Shown: positions 17,802 to 27,990, counted from the first letter of the stretch. The stretch: 64,000 nucleotides of DNA from an uncultured Gemmatimonadales bacterium (GCA_963795085.1 CAWCFX010000004.1:512001-576000), one strand, 5' to 3'. Translations and numbers: made by a program. The notes: generated by a model not told the origin, from the letters alone.

Positions 17802-20410
17802 TCCCCGCCCGCGACCACCAGCTTCCCCCCGATCCCGATGCGTACCGCTCGGCTCCCCATCCCAAGGGGCGAGTCATCGTCATCGCCCCGACCCGGGCCG
17901 CTTGCGAAACCATCGAGCTGGCGATGGCGCTGCACCTGGACACGGTGCTGGAGCGGGAGCACGGAGACGAGTTACGCCAGTGGGCCCGGGAAGGGAAGGG
18001 CTTTGGCATCGTCGCGGGCACGGGCACCGGGAAGACCCTGGGCATCCGTCCCATCGCGGAGGCAATCGTCCAGGCGCCCCTCAAGGTCGGCGTCGTCAAC
18101 CGGGAGCGCGAAGCGACCCCCGAAACGCCGCAGTGGAACGTCGTCATCGTCACCACCGGCATCGCCCGCCGCTGGTTCCAGGACGACCTGATCACCGGCC
18201 GCGACACCATCGTGGCCGATGAGATCCACCAGACCTCCGCCGAACTGGAACTGTGCCTGGCCCTGGGGAAGCGGGCCGGGTGCCGGTTTATCTGGCTCAG
18301 CGCGACCGTGGATCCCTCCTTCTATGCCCGCTACCTCAATAGCGCCGAGGTACTGCAGACCTCCGCGTTTGATCCGGCGCTCAAGGCCCGGGTCCGGGTG
18401 CTGGCGCAGGAGCCCGCCGAGTTCCTGGATGACAAGTTCATCCGCCACGTGATCAAGGAAAAGCGGGGAGTGGCCGTGTTCGTGCCCACCAGGAAGGAAG
18501 TCGAGAACCTGGCCGAGTCCCTCGGCGACCGCTGGCCCCGGCTCAACGCGGCTTTCTATCATGGGGGCGAGCCGATCCGGGTCATCCGGCCCTTCCTCGA
18601 GGGCGAAGCGGAGCACCCGTTCCTGCTCGCCATGACCGCCGCGGGACAATCGGCGTTGAATGTCCGGGGCCTCGACACCGTGGTGATTTTCGATGCCCGC
18701 TACGGGAACGTGGTGGACCGCGGCCGGAACGTTCTCCACCGCCTTCACCTCGGCGCCAACGAGATCCTCCAGATGGCGGGCCGGGTGCACGGCCGGGTCG
18801 CCAACGGCGAAGTCGTCATCCTCAGTGACCGCCGCCTGGTGTTCGATCAGCTGCGTCCCACGCCGCCGGAGTTCCAGTTGGCCGGCGATGCCGAGCGGGT
18901 CGCCATCACCTGCGCCGCGATCGGGGTGGACGCGCAGGATCTCGACCTCCCGGTCCCGCTGGATCGGACCGCCTACCGCCGGGCTGTCGGGCTGCTCACC
19001 TCCCGGGGCATCATCGAAGAGGGGCGGCTTACCAACTACGGCCGCAAGGTGGAAGCCCTGCCGGTGGAGCGGGCCTGGGGCGAACTGCTGGTGCACGCGG
19101 ATCCGGATCTGGTGCCGGTCATCGCGGTCGCCTCGAGTATCGAATCGCTCCACCGGATGACGCGGGAAGAACGGGAGCTTCACGGGGTGGCCGTCAATGG
19201 CAGTGACCACCTCACGGCCTATAATCTCTACGCCGAAGCGGTCAACCAGTACGGGAGCATGGGGTCCGTGTACGGCCTGCCCCGTCACGTTTTTGAGGAG
19301 GGCCTGGGGGAGTGGGCCGAGAAGCGGGGGGTGCTCATCAAGGCCGTGGAGGATACCGCCCTGGGCGTCGCGTCGGTGTACCGGTCCCTGGACCTGGACC
19401 TGCCCGCGCGTTTGCCGCACGCGTCCCGCGATGTTCACCGCCGTTTTCGCGAGCTGCTTGCCCGCATCATGCCCTTTGACCTGGTAATCGATGAGCACAC
19501 CGCCGATGGCCAGGAAGCCCGGGTCTCCCGCAGCTCCCTGGCCGGGAGCTGGGGTGGGGTGGCCGGTTCCCTGCGCTACTTCGCCGACCGGATGGGGATT
19601 CCCCGGGCGGCCATCGAGGGCACCACGCTCCCCTACGACCTGATCCGGGAGCACGCCCAGTGGGGTGCTCCCGTGGTGGCGCTCTCGCCCCGGCGGAAGG
19701 ACCAGCACCTCATCACCCGGCGGCGGCTCAGTTACTTCGGGTTCGAGCTGGAAACGGTGGTGGAGGCGATCGACGGCCAGGTGCCGGCGCCCCTGGCGGA
19801 GACGGCCCGGGACACGATGGCCGATGGTCTCATGTCCGGCGAAACGGTGCACCCCGACCAGGGGAAAGTCCGGCGGGTGCTCGAAGAGATGGGAGAACTC
19901 TGGCGCCGGTCCGCGGGAACTCTCCCTGAGTTAAGCGGCGGATCCCTCCGGGGCCGTATCCGGAGCCAGCTGGGAGCCGTGGAAAGCTGGGAGGAATTCA
20001 TGCGAACCCGGGTCACGCTCACGCCCTCCGAGCTGGTGCCCGACGATGTGAGGGAAGCCCTGATGCAGCTGCCATCCATGATCCGCCTGAAAGGCGATGC
20101 CGTGGCGCTGGACTATGCCCTGGAGGACGAGGTGGGGGTGGTACGGCTGCGGTTACGCGAGGGGCAGGCCCACCAGCTGCAGGAACGGGACATTCCCGAA
20201 TTCGACCGGCCCCTGCGGTTCACCGTGGTGCGGGGCGGTGGCGAGGCTATCCGGGCCGCGAGTCTGCCCGAACTCAAGGCCCTCCTCAGGGGCATCGGAA
20301 AGCCGAAGAAATCTCGCCAGCCCAACCGGGGTGACGGACGCCCCGACCCCCGGGGGGGGCATCGGGGCAAAGGGCGGGGCCAGCACCACCAGCGACGCGG
20401 CCGCCGCTGA
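17798..20410 (+). CDS. DExH-box helicase, HrpA/HrpB-like
   Basis: AGTGTGKT, DEIH, SAT, QMAGRVHGR; HA2-like LTNYGR segment; basic C-terminal tail. Confidence 0.85.
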   Translation: MIPARDHQLPPDPDAYRSAPHPKGRVIVIAPTRAACETIELAMALHLDTVLEREHGDELRQWAREGKGFGIVAGTGTGKTLGIRPIAEAIVQAPLKVGVVNREREATPETPQWNVVIVTTGIARRWFQDDLITGRDTIVADEIHQTSAELELCLALGKRAGCRFIWLSATVDPSFYARYLNSAEVLQTSAFDPALKARVRVLAQEPAEFLDDKFIRHVIKEKRGVAVFVPTRKEVENLAESLGDRWPRLNAAFYHGGEPIRVIRPFLEGEAEHPFLLAMTAAGQSALNVRGLDTVVIFDARYGNVVDRGRNVLHRLHLGANEILQMAGRVHGRVANGEVVILSDRRLVFDQLRPTPPEFQLAGDAERVAITCAAIGVDAQDLDLPVPLDRTAYRRAVGLLTSRGIIEEGRLTNYGRKVEALPVERAWGELLVHADPDLVPVIAVASSIESLHRMTREERELHGVAVNGSDHLTAYNLYAEAVNQYGSMGSVYGLPRHVFEEGLGEWAEKRGVLIKAVEDTALGVASVYRSLDLDLPARLPHASRDVHRRFRELLARIMPFDLVIDEHTADGQEARVSRSSLAGSWGGVAGSLRYFADRMGIPRAAIEGTTLPYDLIREHAQWGAPVVALSPRRKDQHLITRRRLSYFGFELETVVEAIDGQVPAPLAETARDTMADGLMSGETVHPDQGKVRRVLEEMGELWRRSAGTLPELSGGSLRGRIRSQLGAVESWEEFMRTRVTLTPSELVPDDVREALMQLPSMIRLKGDAVALDYALEDEVGVVRLRLREGQAHQLQERDIPEFDRPLRFTVVRGGGEAIRAASLPELKALLRGIGKPKKSRQPNRGDGRPDPRGGHRGKGRGQHHQRRGRR

Positions 20411-20429
20411 CCCACTTTTCCGAATCCGG

Positions 20430-20942
20430 CTACAGCACCCCCAGCCAGAACCGGTGGTACGATTCCCGAACGGCCTGGTCGTCATGGCCATGGAGAAGGG
20501 CAATCTGGAAGCCGGTCAGCACCGATTCGATGACATGGCCCAGGCTCGGTTCGCTGGAACCGAGCGCACGGGCCGCCGCCTGTTCCAACCGGGCCAAGTC
20601 CCGCTCCTGAGAGCGAAGGCCGTGATGGACCGCCTGGTCCGTCAGGGCGGAAAGGGAGAGCCACGCCGCGAACTCTCCTGTCCGCACTTCGGCCGTGAGC
20701 GTATTCCATAGCGCGTCCAGGGCCGTCGCCCCGTCATGCTCCAGCGCGGCCAGCCGGCGGGCGATTCTCTCGCCTTTCAGGGACTCGCCTGCCTGGGCCA
20801 GCAGGTTCGCCTTGGTCTTGTAGTGATAGTTCACCAGCCCCTTGGCGCAGCTGGCTTCCCGCGCCACATCTTCAATAGTCCAGGCGGCCAGCCCGTTCCG
20901 CACCAGCACCGCCTTGGCCGCCTCAAGGATTTCGCTTTTCAT
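20430..20942 (-). CDS. TetR/AcrR family regulator
   Basis: ILEAA, TIEDVAREASCAKGLVNYHYKTK HTH. Confidence 0.88.
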   Translation of the reverse strand: MKSEILEAAKAVLVRNGLAAWTIEDVAREASCAKGLVNYHYKTKANLLAQAGESLKGERIARRLAALEHDGATALDALWNTLTAEVRTGEFAAWLSLSALTDQAVHHGLRSQERDLARLEQAAARALGSSEPSLGHVIESVLTGFQIALLHGHDDQAVRESYHRFWLGVL

Positions 20943-21081
20943 TTCCGTTCGAATCTCGATCGGGTCGGTTTTCGTCAAGATACCGGTTGCGTCACGTTTG
21001 TCCGGTTGAAACGTCATATCTAGGGACGGCAAAACGTCAGGTCAAACTTACGACACCTGCCGTCAGCCGGTTTGTTCGACT

Positions 21082-21094
21082 TAAGTGCTTGATT
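21082..21094 (-). promoter_or_regulatory. IHF-consensus site
   Basis: Minus strand AATCAAGCACTTA matches WATCAANNNNTTR, inside the divergent promoter region. Confidence 0.5.
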
Positions 21095-21184
21095 TTCAAT
21101 GTTGTAGGTACCCCCGTTATCATTGGGGCGCCTTCCCGACGTCCCGGGTTGAAACCTTCACTTGTCCGAAACGTAGGCCCACCT

Positions 21185-21652
21185 ATGCCGGAAAACATGA
21201 CCCCTCACGTGTCGACTCCATTGCCGTCGGTCTTCAGCCCCCTGGCCAAGGCGTTGCTGGATGGGTTCAGCGAGGGCGTGGTCGTCTTCGATTCAGAAGG
21301 CAAGGTCCTTTACGCCAACCAGCAGGCCCGCGATGCGCTGGAAGGTACCATCGATCTCTCCGATGCCTCGCAGGACATCCTGCCCCGCCTGGCCGCAATG
21401 GGCGGACGCCTGCGCCCCCTTCGGGTGGGTAGCCTTGAGCTGGGCGAAGCCATGTTCATCCCTGGTGTCAGCGGTCCCACGACCCTGGCTGACCGCGAGA
21501 AGGAAGCCATTGTACGCACTCTCGATTCTCACGGCTGGAAGCTCGCCGAGACGGCGAAGTCGCTGGGCATCAGCCGTACCACTCTCTGGCGGCGCCTCAA
21601 GGCCTACGGACTTCACCGCGACGGGCGCAGCCGCTGGGCCCACTCGGCCTGA
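21185..21652 (+). CDS. PAS-like plus Fis-type HTH small regulator (no AAA+ domain)
   Basis: LLDGFSEGVVVFDSEGKVLYANQQA; TLADREKEAI, ETAKSLGISRTTLWRRLKAYGL. Confidence 0.85.
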   Translation: MPENMTPHVSTPLPSVFSPLAKALLDGFSEGVVVFDSEGKVLYANQQARDALEGTIDLSDASQDILPRLAAMGGRLRPLRVGSLELGEAMFIPGVSGPTTLADREKEAIVRTLDSHGWKLAETAKSLGISRTTLWRRLKAYGLHRDGRSRWAHSA

Positions 21653-23855
21653 TCCGCGCTCGACTCCGTTCTTCCCGGCTCCCCGGCCGGCGGCATCCCG
21701 CGTTGGTGCGGCGCTGGGCCTGCTCCTCGGCCTGACCGCTTCACCGCTCCCCGCTCAGCAAGACGACACCGCTCCCTTTGCCAATTCCGCGACCCGGCAC
21801 CTCGTCGAGGCGGCGATGGCCCGGCATCGCGACCAGGATTCCCTGGTACACGACTACCGCGCCACCATTCGCTACCGGATGTCGTTCGGTCTCGGCCGGC
21901 GCCGGTGGGCACGGGCGCTTACCATGGCGGTGGAGGAACAGCAGGGGCTGGTCCACTGGCAGCGGCCCAACGACCTGCGCCTCGATATCCTGGGCCGCCG
22001 TTCCGCCTCGCGCCGGGAAGACATCAACCTCAGCACTAATTTCGACCGCCCGTGGTTCGTGCCCCGGGGTCTCGGCGATTCGGTCCGCTTCTTCGGGAAC
22101 GATTTCCCGGAGCGCGCGGCCCTCCACCCCCTGGCTCCCGATGGTGCCGACTGGTATCGCTACGCACTGGAGGACAGTGTCGCCTTCGCCAATCCGGAGC
22201 TGGGGCAGGTCAAGCTGTATCGGCTGTCGGTCATTCCCCGCCGCAACGGGCCCTCGCTCATCGCGGGCGCGATGTACCTTGATGCCCGGACCCGGGACGT
22301 GGTCCGGCTCACGTTCCGCTACGTCGGGACCGCGCTCTGGATCGATGCCGGGGACGACGAGTTCAGGGGGGACTCGACCCGGGCTCGGCGGGCGAACGCA
22401 TTCGTCAACCGGATTCTCAGCGTCAACGCCGACCTGGAATACAGTCTGCAGGATGGCAAGTACTGGATGCCTTACCGCCAGCTGCTGGCCGGCACCGCGC
22501 AGATCCCCCTGATCAGCGACGTGGTGGTGCCGTTCGAAGTGATCACCTCATTCAGCGGCTACGCCATCAACACCGGGACGCCGGTTTCCTTCGTCATGTC
22601 GCTTCCGGATAGCGGGGCCGTGGAGGAAGGGCCCGACAGCAGCCGTCACGGGGGCGATCACGCCTATGATGCGCGGCACCGGGCGGCCCGCTGGAATGGG
22701 GGACGCTACGAGGTCCACCGGGCGCGAAAGGATTCCCTGGAGGCTTTCGATGGCTGGTCGGACAGCCTGCATCTCGACCTGGCGGCCGCCGATGACAGGC
22801 GGCTGCACGAGCTGACGGGGGACCTGGCCCGGCTCTCGGAGGAGTTGCCCTCGGAACTGACGGGGCGGCGTCTGCATGGCATCAGCTACGATCGGTTTGC
22901 CGATATCGCGCGCTACAACCGGGTCCAGGGCCTCTCGCTGGGACTGGGCTACCAGGTCCGCCTTCCCTGGGCCTTTACCGCCCTCCGGGGGACCGGCCGG
23001 GTGGGTCTCAGCGATGGAAGGCTGACGGGACGCCTGGCCATCGAGCGGGACGCGCCGGGCGGCAGCCTCGCAATGGCCGGATACCGGGAGGTAACGCCGG
23101 TCGAGACCTTCACGCGCGGCTTTGCTGTGGGGAATTCCATCAACGCGCTGTTGGTCGCGCACGACGACGCGGATTACTACCTGGCCGAAGGCGGCAGCCT
23201 GGTGTATGAGCGCTCGCTGCGCAGAGGGGTTGACCTGACGCTGGGGGCGCGGCTGGAGCGCCAGTCCAGCGTGGCGGCTGAGGCGGAATCGGAGGTCAAC
23301 GACCTCCTGGGAGGGGCGGGCGTGTTCGCACTGAACCCGGGTGTCCGTCCCGGCGAGTTTGCCGTCGGTTCCGCGCGCCTGGAGGGTCAACGCGGCGTGA
23401 CCAGCTGGAGTCTCAGCGGCGAAGGGTTCACCGGCGAGGGGGAGGCCGTGGCCCGGCTCGAGGCTGGTCTGCGGCAGCGATTCGGGGGAAAGGGCGGGCT
23501 CACAGTTTCCGCCCGTGCGGGGATAGCCAGCAGTGCGGCCCTTCCCCAGGCGCTTTTCCGGGCCGGCGGGCTCAAGACCGTGCGGGGTTTCGACTATGGA
23601 ACCGCCCGGGGCGAGGCGTTCTGGTCGGTGCAGGCCGACTACACCTGGTCGGAAAGCTGGGGGCCTCGCCCCGTGGTGTTCTTCGATGCGGGCCAGGCGG
23701 ACCGTCCCGGGGAGCTCTTCAGCCAGGAACCGCTGCTGGGCGCCGGGGTTGGCGCATCGCTGGCGCGGGGCCTGGTCCGGTTCGACCTGAGCCATGCGCT
23801 CACTGGCGATCGCCGGAGGATGCGATTCGATATCGTGTTCTCGGCCCCGCGATAG
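21651..23855 (+). CDS. Large outer-membrane beta-barrel protein; start uncertain
   Basis: Signal-like ALGLLLGLTASPLPAQ; RYNRVQG, GGLKTVRGF, VFFDAG, C-terminal strand. No canonical in-frame start between 21652 and the signal peptide. Confidence 0.75.
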   Translation, partial: DPRSTPFFPAPRPAASRVGAALGLLLGLTASPLPAQQDDTAPFANSATRHLVEAAMARHRDQDSLVHDYRATIRYRMSFGLGRRRWARALTMAVEEQQGLVHWQRPNDLRLDILGRRSASRREDINLSTNFDRPWFVPRGLGDSVRFFGNDFPERAALHPLAPDGADWYRYALEDSVAFANPELGQVKLYRLSVIPRRNGPSLIAGAMYLDARTRDVVRLTFRYVGTALWIDAGDDEFRGDSTRARRANAFVNRILSVNADLEYSLQDGKYWMPYRQLLAGTAQIPLISDVVVPFEVITSFSGYAINTGTPVSFVMSLPDSGAVEEGPDSSRHGGDHAYDARHRAARWNGGRYEVHRARKDSLEAFDGWSDSLHLDLAAADDRRLHELTGDLARLSEELPSELTGRRLHGISYDRFADIARYNRVQGLSLGLGYQVRLPWAFTALRGTGRVGLSDGRLTGRLAIERDAPGGSLAMAGYREVTPVETFTRGFAVGNSINALLVAHDDADYYLAEGGSLVYERSLRRGVDLTLGARLERQSSVAAEAESEVNDLLGGAGVFALNPGVRPGEFAVGSARLEGQRGVTSWSLSGEGFTGEGEAVARLEAGLRQRFGGKGGLTVSARAGIASSAALPQALFRAGGLKTVRGFDYGTARGEAFWSVQADYTWSESWGPRPVVFFDAGQADRPGELFSQEPLLGAGVGASLARGLVRFDLSHALTGDRRRMRFDIVFSAPR

Positions 23856-23907
23856 GCCGGAGCGGGCGGTCTTACCCTCACCTACCCACTCCCTTAAGTT
23901 CTCCTCC

Positions 23908-24366
23908 ATGGCGAAGCCGTTTGTGGTGGAAGAGTACGTGCGGTGGTCGGACGTAGATGCGGCAGGGATTATTTTCTACGGTTCCTACGTCCGCCTGTTC
24001 GAGCTGGCGGAGATGGAACTGTTCCGGGCGGCCGGCATCCCGTTCGGCACCGTCTTCGAGACCTATGACATCTACCTGCCCCGGGTGCAGGTGCACACCG
24101 AGTTTCACTACCCGGTCCGCCTCGACGACCGGCTGAAGGTGGCGGCGTACGTGAGCCGCATCGGCACCAAGTCCATCACCATGAGCTTCGACGTGGTGCA
24201 TATCGGCACCGGGCGGCTGGGTGCCGAAGGGCACCTGGTGCTGGTGTGTACTTCCCGTGAGGAGTTGACCTCCCGCCCATTGCCGGTGGACCTGGTACGG
24301 CGCCTCGAGCCCTTCACGCTGAGCGTCCCCGCGGCCCGGGCAATCTTGGGCCTGGAGTCAGCATGA
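23908..24366 (+). CDS. Acyl-CoA thioesterase (4HBT/YbgC-like)
   Basis: VRWSDVDAAGIIFYGSY. Confidence 0.9.
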   Translation: MAKPFVVEEYVRWSDVDAAGIIFYGSYVRLFELAEMELFRAAGIPFGTVFETYDIYLPRVQVHTEFHYPVRLDDRLKVAAYVSRIGTKSITMSFDVVHIGTGRLGAEGHLVLVCTSREELTSRPLPVDLVRRLEPFTLSVPAARAILGLESA

Positions 24367-24875
24367 GAGCGGTGATCCTGGTGATACTCTCGCTGCTCCC
24401 GGGGTGCGGGGACGGAGGAGACGGATCGGCCCGGCTTCAGCTCTCCTGGACGGGGTCGGATACCGGCGCGTTCAGCGGGCCCGCCACGGCGATCTGGTGT
24501 GTCCGGGATACGGCACTCGAGGTGAGCGCGGCCGCCGGGGATACCGGCATCGCCTTCGCACTGCTGCCCGCGGACAGCGTGGTTACCGGTTCCTACGCCG
24601 TGGGCATGCCGCTCGCGATGCGGGCCCGGCCCGGCGCCCGGGTGGCCCTGCGCTGGCTGGGTGTGAACATGATCGACGGGTACTACGGCGTCTCCGGGGA
24701 AGTGGTCCTGGATTCGGGGGCGGCGCTCCAGGGACGTGTCGAGGCCACGATGCGTGACGTCAACACGGGGACCGAGGTCACCGTGCGGGGGCGGTTCGAT
24801 GGGCTCGCAGTTGAGCAGGGATCGCCCAATGCCTGCGGGTCGGCTGGCAACATCACAGCAGGGACGGAGGGTTAG
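24363..24875 (+). CDS. Hypothetical lipoprotein
   Basis: Lipobox LPGC after a hydrophobic stretch; ATGA coupling. Confidence 0.75.
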   Translation: MRAVILVILSLLPGCGDGGDGSARLQLSWTGSDTGAFSGPATAIWCVRDTALEVSAAAGDTGIAFALLPADSVVTGSYAVGMPLAMRARPGARVALRWLGVNMIDGYYGVSGEVVLDSGAALQGRVEATMRDVNTGTEVTVRGRFDGLAVEQGSPNACGSAGNITAGTEG

Positions 24876-24878
24876 CCG

Positions 24879-26090
24879 GTGGCGGACAGCACCTATTTCA
24901 GAAAAGGGTTCGGACTCAAGGGCGCCATCGAAGGCACCCTGACGCGGGACTATCACAGCGGACTGGTGGAGACGCTCAAGGCCGGCGGATACCGGCTCGA
25001 GGTGGGGCCCCTCACCTTTACGCTGGCGCGGGAGTTCGGTTTCTGCTATGGCGTGGACCGGGCGGTGGACTACGCCTACGAGACCCGCGCGAAGTTTCCC
25101 GACCGGCCGATCTCTCTCGTGGGCGAAATCATCCACAATCCCCACGTCAACCGCAAGCTCGAAGAGATGGGCATTCGGTTTCTGATGCGAAGCCCCGAAG
25201 GCGAGTTCGATTTCGGCCATCTCACGACGGACGATGTCGTCATCATGCCCGCGTTCGGAGTGACCATCGCCGACTTCGAGCGGCTGCGCGGCATCGGGTG
25301 CGTCATGGTGGATACCACCTGCGGTTCGGTTCTCAACGTGTGGAAGCGGGTGGATAGCTACGCCCGCGACGGCTATACCGCCATCATCCACGGCAAGCAC
25401 TATCACGAGGAAACCAAGGCGACCGCCAGCCAGGTCATGAAGTACCCGGGCGGGCGGTACCTGGTCGTGCTCAACATGGCCGAAGCGCGGATGGTGTGCG
25501 ACTATATCGAAGGCCGTGGCCCGGTGGACGGGCTGCAGCGCCATTTCGCCCGGGCGGTTTCTCCGGGGTTCGATTTCGCGGCCGACCTGGTGCGGGTGGG
25601 GCTCGCCAACCAGACTACGATGCTGTCCCAGGAGTCCCTGGCTATCGCCGAGGAGTTTCGCCGGAGCATGGAGGCGCGGTACGGTGCCGAGCAGCTGGCG
25701 TCCCACTTCCGGACCTTCGACACGATTTGTTCGGCGACCCAGGAGCGGCAGGACGCCGTGGTGGAACTGCTGGCCCGCCCGCTCGACGTCATGGTGGTGG
25801 TGGGCGGGTATAATTCCAGCAACACCTGCCACCTGGCCGCACTGGCGCAGAGCCGCGGGGTTCGCACCTTCCATATTGAAGATGCCCACGGGATCGACCC
25901 GGCAGGTTCGATTCGGCACCAGCCGGTAGGCCAGAAGATCGAGACGGAGGAACCGGGCTGGCTGCAGGACGCCATCCGCATCGGCATTACCGCGGGCGCT
26001 TCCACTCCCAACAACAAGATCGGCGAGACGATTTCCCGGATCTGTGCATCCGCCGGCTTCGCGCCGGAACTGGAGCGGCTGCTCGCCTGA
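24879..26090 (+). CDS. ispH: 4-hydroxy-3-methylbut-2-enyl diphosphate reductase
   Basis: GFCYGV, IIHN, DTTC, HEET, QTT, TICSATQERQ, SSNT, TAGASTP. Confidence 0.95.
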   Translation: MADSTYFRKGFGLKGAIEGTLTRDYHSGLVETLKAGGYRLEVGPLTFTLAREFGFCYGVDRAVDYAYETRAKFPDRPISLVGEIIHNPHVNRKLEEMGIRFLMRSPEGEFDFGHLTTDDVVIMPAFGVTIADFERLRGIGCVMVDTTCGSVLNVWKRVDSYARDGYTAIIHGKHYHEETKATASQVMKYPGGRYLVVLNMAEARMVCDYIEGRGPVDGLQRHFARAVSPGFDFAADLVRVGLANQTTMLSQESLAIAEEFRRSMEARYGAEQLASHFRTFDTICSATQERQDAVVELLARPLDVMVVVGGYNSSNTCHLAALAQSRGVRTFHIEDAHGIDPAGSIRHQPVGQKIETEEPGWLQDAIRIGITAGASTPNNKIGETISRICASAGFAPELERLLA

Positions 26091-26102
26091 AGCGGGCCGA
26101 CC

Positions 26103-27050
26103 ATGTCCTACCGCCAGGTCCAGGTCTCCGGCTTTCCCGCCGTCGCCCTCCGCTCGGCCGAGCTCGAGGTTGTCGTCATTCCCGCCCTGGGCGGCAAGCT
26201 CACCAATCTCCGGAGACTCAAGGGCCGGGAGTGGCTCTGGCGCAGCGACCAGATTCCCCTCGCGGCGCCCCGCGCCGGCACCAGCTACGTCGAAACGGCG
26301 GACAGCGGCGGGTGGGACGAGTGTTTTCCCACCGTGGGTCCCTGCCCGATGCCGGGACGCCCCGGCCTCCAGCTTCCCGACCACGGCGAGCTCTGGAGCC
26401 TGCCGTGGGAGTGTCGAGTCTATGACTTCGCGGAAGGAACCGGGTTCACCGGCACGGCGGTGGGAAGCCTCCTGCCCTACGAGTTTCACCGCGAGGTCAT
26501 TCTCGACCGGCAGGAACCGCTGGTGCGCTTTCAGTATCGGCTGCGCCACCTGGGAGATGCCCCTTTTCCGTGGATCTGGTCCGCGCACCCCCTCTTCAAT
26601 GTCCGGCCCGGTACCACGCTTACCCTTCCCTCGGTGCACGAGGTCAGGGTCGATGCGGCCGTGGGCCGGCGGGAGGGGAGGGGCGACGTGCTGGCCTGGC
26701 CGCCCGCCGGAGCGGCATCTATGGTGCTGCCGGAGGGTGAACGCTGGGCGATGAAGTTGTTCGGCGATATCGGGGCCTCGGGCCGGGCCATCCTGACCGA
26801 CCCCGCGATGGGGGAGCAACTGGAGTTCGTCGTGCCCTCCGAACAGGTGCCCCAGGTCGGGATCTGGATCAACTGCCATGGCTGGGCGCCGGAGGGCAAG
26901 CGACCGTATTACAACCTGGCTGTGGAGCCCTGTATCGGGGCGCCGGACCGGCTGGACGACGCGGTGGATTCATGGCATCTCGCCCAGATGCTGGCGCCGG
27001 GCGAGACGAGGGAATGGGGGTTCGAGGTGTGGCTTCCAGAGGTTCGGTGA
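26103..27050 (+). CDS. Galactose mutarotase/aldose epimerase-like protein
   Basis: GGWDECFPT, DHGELW, WSAHP, AVEP. Confidence 0.85.
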   Translation: MSYRQVQVSGFPAVALRSAELEVVVIPALGGKLTNLRRLKGREWLWRSDQIPLAAPRAGTSYVETADSGGWDECFPTVGPCPMPGRPGLQLPDHGELWSLPWECRVYDFAEGTGFTGTAVGSLLPYEFHREVILDRQEPLVRFQYRLRHLGDAPFPWIWSAHPLFNVRPGTTLTLPSVHEVRVDAAVGRREGRGDVLAWPPAGAASMVLPEGERWAMKLFGDIGASGRAILTDPAMGEQLEFVVPSEQVPQVGIWINCHGWAPEGKRPYYNLAVEPCIGAPDRLDDAVDSWHLAQMLAPGETREWGFEVWLPEVR

Positions 27051-27073
27051 GAGGTGGGAGGAGATAAGTGAAA
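27046..27073. repeat. Degenerate heptamer micro-array
   Basis: GGTGAGA GGTGGGA GGAGATA AGTGAAA between convergent genes. Confidence 0.55.
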
Positions 27074-27075
27074 TG

Positions 27076-27990
27076 TCACGCATTCGGTCCGAGGGTCCGA
27101 ACGATCTCCATGATCGTTTGGGGGGCGCTGCCTTCGGCCCGGTTGTTCACCAGGATGTAGGCGGGGATGCGCATGGCGCGGGCCTGCCCGATCAGCCGGG
27201 CCACGTCCGACCGCATCTCCGGGTTGGGTTCCCGGATCCGGTCGTAGGGCGAGAAGGCATCCACCGCCTCGTCGTAGTACATCCCGGGACGCAGGAGGAC
27301 CCGGGCCACCGTGAATGGGGCGGTGATGGATTCCGGGATATCGAGCTGGCTGCCGATCGTGGGCATCCGGGTCCATGAGTTGAACACGTGGGAAACGCCG
27401 TGCTCCCGCAGGACCGCGAAGTACGCGGGTGTCAGGTATTCCTGGTTCCGGATCTCGACGCCATAGCGCCCCTCCCGCGGCAGCACTCCGAAAAACTCGT
27501 CCAGCCGGTTGGCAAACTCATCGGGAGCAAGCCGGCTGGCCTGGAACTCGAAGATGAATGGCCCGTCGTGGCCGCCGAAGTGACGCCGGTAGGGCTCGTA
27601 CATTTCCCGGACAAACAGGCCGGCGTTGAGATAGTCGGGGTTGAGTGCGCCGCGGGGGCCGTCTCGCTGGCCCGAATGGGTGTGGACGGTGATCTGGTCC
27701 CACACCTTGCTGACACAGGGAAACCCCGGCGGCAAGACCGCGGCGTACGACTCCAGGGTCGCCGCGGAGGGAGGGCGGTAGAAACTGGAGTCGATCCCGA
27801 CCGTACGGAACAGCGGAAAACGGGCATACTCTTCGAGCATCCGCGCCGCCGGGGCCGACTTGGGGTAACTTCGGTGATAGACCAGTCCGCTCCACCCCGT
27901 ATAGGTCCAGGTCGATGTCCCGAACAGCACCTGGTCCGGCACCCGTGCCGCCAGGGCCTCGATTTCGTCCCGGTTCGCAAGCAGGTCCAT
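27076..27990 (-). CDS. DUF72 family protein
   Basis: FGTSTWTYTGW, TVGIDSSFYRPP, VEIRN, VNNRAEGSAP. Confidence 0.9.
   Translation of the reverse strand: MDLLANRDEIEALAARVPDQVLFGTSTWTYTGWSGLVYHRSYPKSAPAARMLEEYARFPLFRTVGIDSSFYRPPSAATLESYAAVLPPGFPCVSKVWDQITVHTHSGQRDGPRGALNPDYLNAGLFVREMYEPYRRHFGGHDGPFIFEFQASRLAPDEFANRLDEFFGVLPREGRYGVEIRNQEYLTPAYFAVLREHGVSHVFNSWTRMPTIGSQLDIPESITAPFTVARVLLRPGMYYDEAVDAFSPYDRIREPNPEMRSDVARLIGQARAMRIPAYILVNNRAEGSAPQTIMEIVRTLGPNA

Noticed and set aside
21261..21650. Outer-membrane protein starting at 21261
   Set aside because: Would overlap most of the PAS-Fis gene; the signal-like segment begins only near 21700
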